DNA of 22,511 nucleotides from Promethearchaeota archaeon (lineage in GTDB: Archaea > Asgardarchaeota > Lokiarchaeia > Sigyniarchaeales > SOKP01), in the NCBI GenBank assembly GCA_004524535.1, contig SDNY01000055.1, positions 1 through 22,511 on the forward strand. Reading direction: 5' to 3'. The stretch's first letter is position 1. Every line of letters starts with the position of its first letter. Below the pieces are notes generated by a model that worked only from the letters and a program-made list of their open reading frames with translations, ran no database searches and was not told the DNA's origin. Positions 16,070-22,511 of this stretch are shown here, in pieces. A program made the position numbers and the translations under genes.

Positions 16070-18205
16070 TTATTTTTTACGTACTTGGCACATTACTCCT
16101 TGAATACAATTAATTCCAATCTCGGGATCATAAGGAGGGTAAAAAGAACATAAAAAGTTAATATTTGTATTCAGGTATCCATTCTCTTCAGTCTTCTTTT
16201 CAGGCATCCACCATCCATAAATTCCATTTACTGTATCAGGACGAATACCTTCAAATATTTTTACCTTATGTTGGATCGATCCTTTGGGAGTTTCAATAAT
16301 TACCATATCTCCATCTTTAATTCCGCGTTCATGTGCTGTATTAGGATTTATTAGTAATTCCGGATATTGGTTTTCTTTCTTAACCCAAGGATATCCTGCT
16401 CCTCGTGTAAGGTAATAATTCTGCACTCTTCTAGTAGTCAAATAAAGAGGATATCGTTCACTTAGATGTGGTAAAGATACTGCGCTATCCCCACATTCAT
16501 GATACGTAGGTAAGGGGTCATACCCTAATCTCTCCATGCGTTCTGAATAAAGCTCTACTTTACCTGAGGGGGTTTTGAAACCCTTTTTTTTATATTTTTT
16601 ATACTTGGGTCTCCATGTCATTGGACTCACCTTACAAAGAGTCTCAAAATTTATTGGCCCCCCATTACTAACTGTCTGCTCTACAAAACTTTGTGCGTTT
16701 TTCCATGGTAAGTAATTTTTCTTTATATAGCCCTTCTTTACCATTTTTTCAGCTATGTCATATAAAATTTGAAAGGAATCACGACAACCCTCGGGCGCAT
16801 CCACTAATTTGGGCATTGTACTTATCCAACTCCCATAAGAGCTTATCATAATAAAATCATATTCATACAAATGTTTTATAGGTAGAATGAGATCTGCTAA
16901 GTCTGAGGATGGACTAGGGGTATATGCCAAAACCATCAGAAAATCAATCTTCTTCATGGCTTCAATCACTTTTTGCGCACTAGCATATGCCATAACTGGA
17001 TTATTCCAAAATACGATCCATGCTTTCACGGGATAAGGTTCATTATGAATCATACCATTAATCAGGGATGGGTTGTGTGGTCGTCTCATAACAGCGTCAG
17101 GACCAGCCCATAAAGGAAATCGATCGGCTCCCATGGTTTGATCTTCGACCTCTTTGTCTACTATGGCACTTTTAAGAAAGTCCCCAAAAACAAAGTCTTC
17201 TCTGCCTGGAGGTCCTTGCGCAAGTCTATTTCCTCCTTTTACATCAATATTACCACAAATTGAAATCAATGCTGCAAAACTGCGACATGCCTGAGTAGAA
17301 TTCGCGTGTTGACAAACACCATTATTACCTCGATAACTAGCTGGTCCATTTGTAGCATACATTCTAGCAGCCTTTACAATCTCATCAACTGAAAGCGACG
17401 TGACCTCTGCTGCCCATTCTGGAGTATATTGTTGAATATGACTTTTAAGTTTATCAAATCCTAAGCAATAATTGTTGACGAATTCATCATCATAAAGCTT
17501 TTCTTCTATTATAACATTAACCATTGCCAAAGCTAAAGCACCATCACTTCCAGGACGAATCTGAAGATAAAGATCCGCGAATTCGGCAGCTTCACACCGT
17601 CGGGGATCCACAACAATGAGTTTAGCTCCATTACTCATAGCTGTTTTAATATCTTGCCATTGACCTCCACATGAATGTGGCAAATTCGTTCCTACCAAGA
17701 GAATACATTTAGAGTTTTTAAAATCTTGAGAACTACGATAAATTGTAATACACTCCCCATAAGTTAACGGATCAGCAGTCTCAGCAGTCCCCTGACAAAG
17801 ATCTCGATTAGTTATTGTATTTGGACTATTTATCGATTTCATAAATAAGGCAACGCTTGGCCACTCTGCCATTGTTGCACATATAGATTTCGGGTTGAAT
17901 TTTTCAATGACTTCCCCTAATCGATCAGCTGCTATTCCATAAGCTTCTTCCCAAGATATTTCTTTAAATCCTGATGTGGTCCTTAAAAGGGGTTTTGTGA
18001 AGCGATTAGGATGATAAATAACCTGCCAATCATTAAGTCCTTTAGGACATGCATAACCCTTACTCTGCGGATGGTTCTTATCTCCTTCCATTTTGATTAT
18101 TTTGTTATTTTTCACATCTACAGTTGCTACAATCCCGTCATAAGAGGGACATGACCACCAGGGACAAATTGTCCTAATTTTTTTAAAATTATTGTTATTA
18201 CTCAT
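16070..18205 (-). CDS. Mo/W-bisPGD (DMSO reductase family) enzyme, acetylene-hydratase-like clade, cytoplasmic
   Basis: N-terminal Fe-S segment (C14, C19, D23, ACPKG C53), HPNRFTKPL, ISWEEA, SPN...LC (Cys137, candidate metal ligand), VDPR, IRPGSDGAL, TPSGKVELYS, INP..A..RGI.DGD and C-terminal GWWMPE. No Tat signal. Confidence 0.85.
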   Translation of the reverse strand: MSNNNNFKKIRTICPWWSCPSYDGIVATVDVKNNKIIKMEGDKNHPQSKGYACPKGLNDWQVIYHPNRFTKPLLRTTSGFKEISWEEAYGIAADRLGEVIEKFNPKSICATMAEWPSVALFMKSINSPNTITNRDLCQGTAETADPLTYGECITIYRSSQDFKNSKCILLVGTNLPHSCGGQWQDIKTAMSNGAKLIVVDPRRCEAAEFADLYLQIRPGSDGALALAMVNVIIEEKLYDDEFVNNYCLGFDKLKSHIQQYTPEWAAEVTSLSVDEIVKAARMYATNGPASYRGNNGVCQHANSTQACRSFAALISICGNIDVKGGNRLAQGPPGREDFVFGDFLKSAIVDKEVEDQTMGADRFPLWAGPDAVMRRPHNPSLINGMIHNEPYPVKAWIVFWNNPVMAYASAQKVIEAMKKIDFLMVLAYTPSPSSDLADLILPIKHLYEYDFIMISSYGSWISTMPKLVDAPEGCRDSFQILYDIAEKMVKKGYIKKNYLPWKNAQSFVEQTVSNGGPINFETLCKVSPMTWRPKYKKYKKKGFKTPSGKVELYSERMERLGYDPLPTYHECGDSAVSLPHLSERYPLYLTTRRVQNYYLTRGAGYPWVKKENQYPELLINPNTAHERGIKDGDMVIIETPKGSIQHKVKIFEGIRPDTVNGIYGWWMPEKKTEENGYLNTNINFLCSFYPPYDPEIGINCIQGVMCQVRKK

Positions 18206-18256
18206 CTTTTTTTACCTATATAATTTTTAATCTTTCAAAAATAAATGAGACCTTAT

Positions 18257-19384
18257 TCATTCAATAAATTGTTTAATTTTAATAGGTTTCCCTCCCGAAC
18301 GAGCTGATTGAGATGCAGCTATTCCCGCTAAACAGAAATTTGCCCCGATTTTCGCATGTATTGGTGATTTTTTATTATTTTCAATTGCGGTTAGCCACTC
18401 ATTCATAATCCGAGTTGAAGCCCCATAATGAAGGCCATCTAAAGATGGAACAATTTCAGCTAATTTATCTTTATCAATTTTTTTTGATCTTCCTTTTCTA
18501 TGGAGACTTATCGTGATTTTATGCCCATCTGCGAGGAATAATTTACCTGGTTTATCAATTTGATAGCATTCATAGGTTCCCGTTCTACCAACAACTTGGA
18601 TTATAATGCGTGTAGGCTCCCGGGCAAAAATAAATGCATTGGCACATTTCGCAATTGCTCCTGTTTCGGTTCGAAATAGTCCTACATGAAACGCTTTAGC
18701 AGGACTGCATATAGGCTTCCCTTCAAATCCCCCAATATCATTTGAATAGCTTACTACTTCTATAAAGGGCATAGGATTCTCAATACCACCCATAGCAACT
18801 TGAGCAGGACCAATTGAATGAGCATACATTAAAGGATCAAACTGTTGATACCAAGAATCCACACGTGGGACATCAACATCCCCGTGTCTTTCTTTTCTCC
18901 ATCGATAAGTAACATCATGTAGATATTCCGATTCTGCATATACAATTGGACCAATTTTACCAGATGAAGCAAGATAACCTGCATATAAGACCTCGGAAAA
19001 AAAGCAATAATTTTCTCCTAAGAGATATATTTTTCCTGATTGGTCTTCAGCAGCGATAATTTTCTCAAGAAATTTTTCCTCTATTGCCATTGGTACTTCA
19101 GAAAACACGTGTAAACCAGACTCCAATGCAGCAACAGCTTGTTCTGCATGAAATCGTGGTGGACTACTAATAATTATAGCATCAAGCTCGGGAGTATCCA
19201 GAAAATCATCAAATGATTTGGCTGCTTTAACCTCGTTTAATTCCTTTAATTTTTGAGTAGCTTCTGGATTTGGATCAAATCCTGCAACTAGGTTGGAGCG
19301 TCCTTGAAGTATTGGAAATTTCGAAAGCTCCATTACATGACTGAATCCATTAAGTCCATAACCTACTAAACCATAATTTATCAT
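18257..19384 (-). CDS. Gfo/Idh/MocA family NAD(P)-dependent oxidoreductase
   Basis: GLVGYGLNG Rossmann motif, IISSPPRFH, HVFSEVPMA (variant of EKP), GENY, ESEYLHD. Confidence 0.88.
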   Translation of the reverse strand: MINYGLVGYGLNGFSHVMELSKFPILQGRSNLVAGFDPNPEATQKLKELNEVKAAKSFDDFLDTPELDAIIISSPPRFHAEQAVAALESGLHVFSEVPMAIEEKFLEKIIAAEDQSGKIYLLGENYCFFSEVLYAGYLASSGKIGPIVYAESEYLHDVTYRWRKERHGDVDVPRVDSWYQQFDPLMYAHSIGPAQVAMGGIENPMPFIEVVSYSNDIGGFEGKPICSPAKAFHVGLFRTETGAIAKCANAFIFAREPTRIIIQVVGRTGTYECYQIDKPGKLFLADGHKITISLHRKGRSKKIDKDKLAEIVPSLDGLHYGASTRIMNEWLTAIENNKKSPIHAKIGANFCLAGIAASQSARSGGKPIKIKQFIE

Positions 19385-19542
19385 TATAATATTCTTAAAT
19401 CTATATTAATTGAGACTAATAATAATTATAGAATATAATATGCTAAAAGTTAATTGATTAAAAACTAAAAAATTAATGTCAGTTCTTAAAATATTTTGTT
19501 AATTCTCAATAATTAATATTATTTTTACATCAAAAATGAAAT

Positions 19543-20460
19543 ATGATCTTTGTAGAAAAATTAATTGAACTAATCAAAGAGAAGAAAAGTGTTGTCTGTA
19601 TGGGTCTTGATCCCCGAATGGACGACGAAGGTCAAATTCCTAAGTATTTAGTTGATGATTTTAATGAACCAAACGAAATTATCACAGAATTCAATAAAAC
19701 TCTAATTGATAATGTACACGATTTAATCCCAATTATTAAACCTCAAATTGCCTTCTATGAAAAATATGATGCATTAACCGCTTTAAAAGAAACTATAAAT
19801 TATGCTCGTAAAAAAGACTTATTAGTAATTTTAGATTCTAAGAGAAATGATATTGGATCAACTTCAGAAGCATATGCTCATTCTAATTTTAAAGTATATG
19901 GTGCTGATGCTTGCACCATAAATGCTTATTTTGGAATTGATGGCGTCCAACCTTTTTTGGACTATATAGATAAAGGCGTATTTATTCTCGTAAAAACTTC
20001 AAATCCAAGCAGTCGAGAATTTCAAAATCTTTTTAGTGCTGAGATGCGAGGCATTCCTGATACTCAGATTGAGACGACTGTAAAAGAGATAAAATTAGAG
20101 CGAAATTATATCTATATGGCAAGATTGGTGAATAAATGGAGTAAAAATTTAACGGATTTTTCAGGATATCATAATCTTGGTGTAGTCGTTGGTGCTACCT
20201 ATCCTGATGAATTAAAAAAAATCAGAGAGATACTAAAAAATTCGTTTATTTTAATTCCTGGTTATGGTGCTCAAGGAGCTCAAGCAAAAGATATTAAATA
20301 TGGTTTTAATAGTGATAGATTAGGAGGGATAGTAAATTCGTCGCGAAATATTATGTTTGCTTACCATGACAAGAATTATCCTCCTGAAAAGTTCGGGGAA
20401 GCTGCCAGGGAAGAAATTATTGATATGAACATAAAAATAAATAGAGAAATAGGAATCTAA
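19543..20460 (+). CDS. pyrF: Orotidine-5'-phosphate decarboxylase (long, KPQxAFxE subfamily)
   Basis: GLDP, KPQIAFYE, catalytic DSKRNDIGST (DxKxxD), KTSNP, VVGAT, PGYGAQG, NSSR. Confidence 0.95.
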   Translation: MIFVEKLIELIKEKKSVVCMGLDPRMDDEGQIPKYLVDDFNEPNEIITEFNKTLIDNVHDLIPIIKPQIAFYEKYDALTALKETINYARKKDLLVILDSKRNDIGSTSEAYAHSNFKVYGADACTINAYFGIDGVQPFLDYIDKGVFILVKTSNPSSREFQNLFSAEMRGIPDTQIETTVKEIKLERNYIYMARLVNKWSKNLTDFSGYHNLGVVVGATYPDELKKIREILKNSFILIPGYGAQGAQAKDIKYGFNSDRLGGIVNSSRNIMFAYHDKNYPPEKFGEAAREEIIDMNIKINREIGI

Positions 20461-20485
20461 ACTTATAGTTTAGGCATTTAAAATT

Positions 20486-20902
20486 TTAGGTTGGAGTAAA
20501 TTGAACTATTAACGCAATGATTGAAAATGAAACAATTAAAAAAGGTGCCACCATTAACGCAAAGACGAGCAATGCCCGTTTTAATCCAAGTCGATGAATA
20601 ATATTTAAAAGATTAACTTCTATAAATAAAGCTAAAACTAAAAATATAATTATCAAAATTATTTCAGGACCCTGTTCCCCAAAAGCACCTGAGATACCCA
20701 ATAATATCAAAGGACTGCCAACAAAAAAGAACATTCCAACTTGAATTCCAAAACTTCCTAAAAGCCACTTAAATCCGGTTCTAGTTTCAGCTTTGCTAAT
20801 CACTAATCCAATTTTTAATAAAATTAGCCCTACTATGAAAGCAATAACAATTACATAAATTATTACTATGACCCAGTATGGTCCACCATTTTGAAGTAAC
20901 AT
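20486..20902 (-). CDS. Hypothetical membrane protein (~4 TM helices)
   Basis: 138-aa ORF with four hydrophobic stretches that fills the gap between pyrF and hdrA. No recognisable family. Confidence 0.7.
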   Translation of the reverse strand: MLLQNGGPYWVIVIIYVIVIAFIVGLILLKIGLVISKAETRTGFKWLLGSFGIQVGMFFFVGSPLILLGISGAFGEQGPEIILIIIFLVLALFIEVNLLNIIHRLGLKRALLVFALMVAPFLIVSFSIIALIVQFTPT

Positions 20903-21114
20903 ACTACAAGTAATTCTTTAATAATTAGTACATTTTATTTTTAAATTTAATTTTATTTCTTGACTTATAAAACATATAAGCAAGATTTTTGATTTAAATT
21001 TATTTTTTCATAATTAGATATTTTAAATTACATTAAATATATTTAATCTTAATTAAAATAATTTACAACAATTTTAGGAGGAATAACTAAAAAATTAGAA
21101 AGGAATGATTTGCA

Positions 21115-22511
21115 ATGGTAGAAACTAAAAGCGATATTTCTAAAGATAACGAGGAAATTCGAATTTTCGTTGCTGTCTGTCAATGAGGGATAAATATAGC
21201 AGAAATTATTGACTGTACTGCTCTTGTAGAATTCTCAAAGGCGCTTCCGAATGTTGTTGAGGCCTCAGATTATATTAGTCTTTGCACAGAACCTGGTGCT
21301 GAGTTTATAAAAGAAAAAATGATTGAATGCAACGCTAATAGGTTAGTAGTAGCATCATGCACACCGAAGACACATGAACCTGTCTTTAAAAGCATATTAG
21401 AATCAATGAATCTAGACCCATCATTTTTAGAGTTTGTAAATATCCGTGAACATTCAAGTTTTGTTCATCGAAATGATAAACCAGGTGCTCAGAAGGTTGC
21501 TGAAGATTTAATTCGGTCAGGAGTTGTGAGAGCTGCAGTTTTAGAACCAATTTTAATTAAAGAAGTTGATATAACTAAAAAAACATTAATAATTGGCGGC
21601 GGAGTCGCTGGCTTATCTGCCGGAATTGATATAGCTGAACAAGGTTTTGAAGTTCACTTGGTTGAAAAAAGTCCTACAATAGGAGGAAAAATGGCTCAAT
21701 TAGATCGCACATTCCCAACAGACGATTGTAGCATATGAATTCTCGGACCAGTAATGCTTCAAACCACAAGAACTCCAGGGCTCAATCTTTACACTTATAG
21801 TGAGATAGAATATGTAGAAGGCTTTATTGGAAATTTTAAAGTAAAAGTAAGAAAGAAGGCTCGATATGTTACTAATGATTGCAATGGATGCGGAGCTTGT
21901 TTTGAAGTATGTCCTGCGTTTGGAAATAACGAGTTTAACGAGGGAATGGACCCAAGAAAAGCAATTTACGTCTCATTTGCTCAAGCTGTTCCTTCTTTAG
22001 CTCAAATTGATATGGATAGATGCATAAAATGTGAATTATGTAAAGATGCTTGTGAACTTGAAGCTATAGATTTTAATCAAGAAGATGAAATTATCGAGCT
22101 GGAAGTTGGTTCAATTATAGTCGCTACAGGTTGGGATGAATACACGCCTGAAATCGGCTATTTAGGCTATAATATATATCCAAATGTAATCACTGAGTTA
22201 AAACTCGAAAGAATATTAGCACCGAATGGACCAACTATAGGGCACCTTGTTAGACCATCTGATGGAAAACGACCCAAAAGAATTTTATTTATTCAATGCG
22301 TAGGATCCCGAGATTTAAACAAAAATACATATTGTAGTGCTGGTGTTTGTTGTATGATTGCTATTAAAAATACGAAACTAATCAAACAACATTATCCAGA
22401 TACAGAAATCGATGTTGCTTACATGGATATACGAGCTGCTGGAAAAGATTATGAAGAATATTTTACAGCATCTAGAAAAGAAGGGATAAGATATATTAGA
22501 ACAAACATCTC
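21115..22511 (+). CDS. hdrA: Heterodisulfide reductase subunit A-like FAD/Fe-S protein, probable selenoprotein with two in-frame UGA (Sec24, Sec208); partial, runs off the right edge
   Basis: From ATG 21115: ...IRIFVAVCQ-TGA(21184-6)-GINIA...LCTEPG...ASCTPKTHE...NIREH...IIGGGVAG...IGGKMAQLDRTFPTDDCSI-TGA(21736-8)-ILGP...CNGCGACFEVCP...CIKCELCKDAC...IQCVGSRD...YCSAGVCCMIAIK...YMDIRAAGK. No other stop in 465 codons. Confidence 0.93.

Noticed and set aside
21097-21141. AUGA...AAA...GA pattern around the hdrA start resembling a eukaryotic SECIS core
   Set aside because: The helix between ATGA and GA pairs poorly and overlaps the start codon; not supportable without a covariance-model hit.
21319-21738. 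139-aa stand-alone ORF, or hdrA pseudogene interpretation
   Set aside because: It is the inter-UGA segment of a longer intact frame. Both stops are TGA at conserved Cys columns and no other lesions are present.
1-22511. CRISPR array, tRNA/rRNA, transposase or integrase
   Set aside because: No regularly spaced short repeats, no GC-rich structured RNA segments in the intergenic spacers, and no recombinase motifs in any ORF.

Overview
AT-rich (roughly 30% GC by eye), densely coding prokaryotic window. It most likely comes from an anaerobic archaeon of the Asgard/Lokiarchaeia type. This is an inference from UGA-interrupted HdrA, an SCP2 protein, short TATA-like intergenic spacers and oligo-T terminators. 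From left to right: a partial SCP2-domain gene; two tandem, exactly colinear Cys-type sulfatases with their radical-SAM maturase (anSME); an EamA transporter; a nitroreductase; and hisS. A three-gene glycoside cassette follows (GH130-like protein fused to a DUF2582-like wHTH, a GT4 plus (alpha/alpha)6 fusion, and a GT4), bracketed by a ~377-bp direct repeat of the hisS 3' end whose second copy is frameshifted. After it come a minus-strand Gfo/Idh/MocA, acetylene-hydratase-like Mo/W-bisPGD enzyme and nitroreductase cluster, then pyrF and a small membrane protein. The last gene is hdrA, which the ORF track fragments because it has two in-frame TGA codons at conserved Cys positions; it is a probable two-selenocysteine HdrA running off the right edge. 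No rRNA, tRNA, CRISPR array, integrase or transposase was seen.
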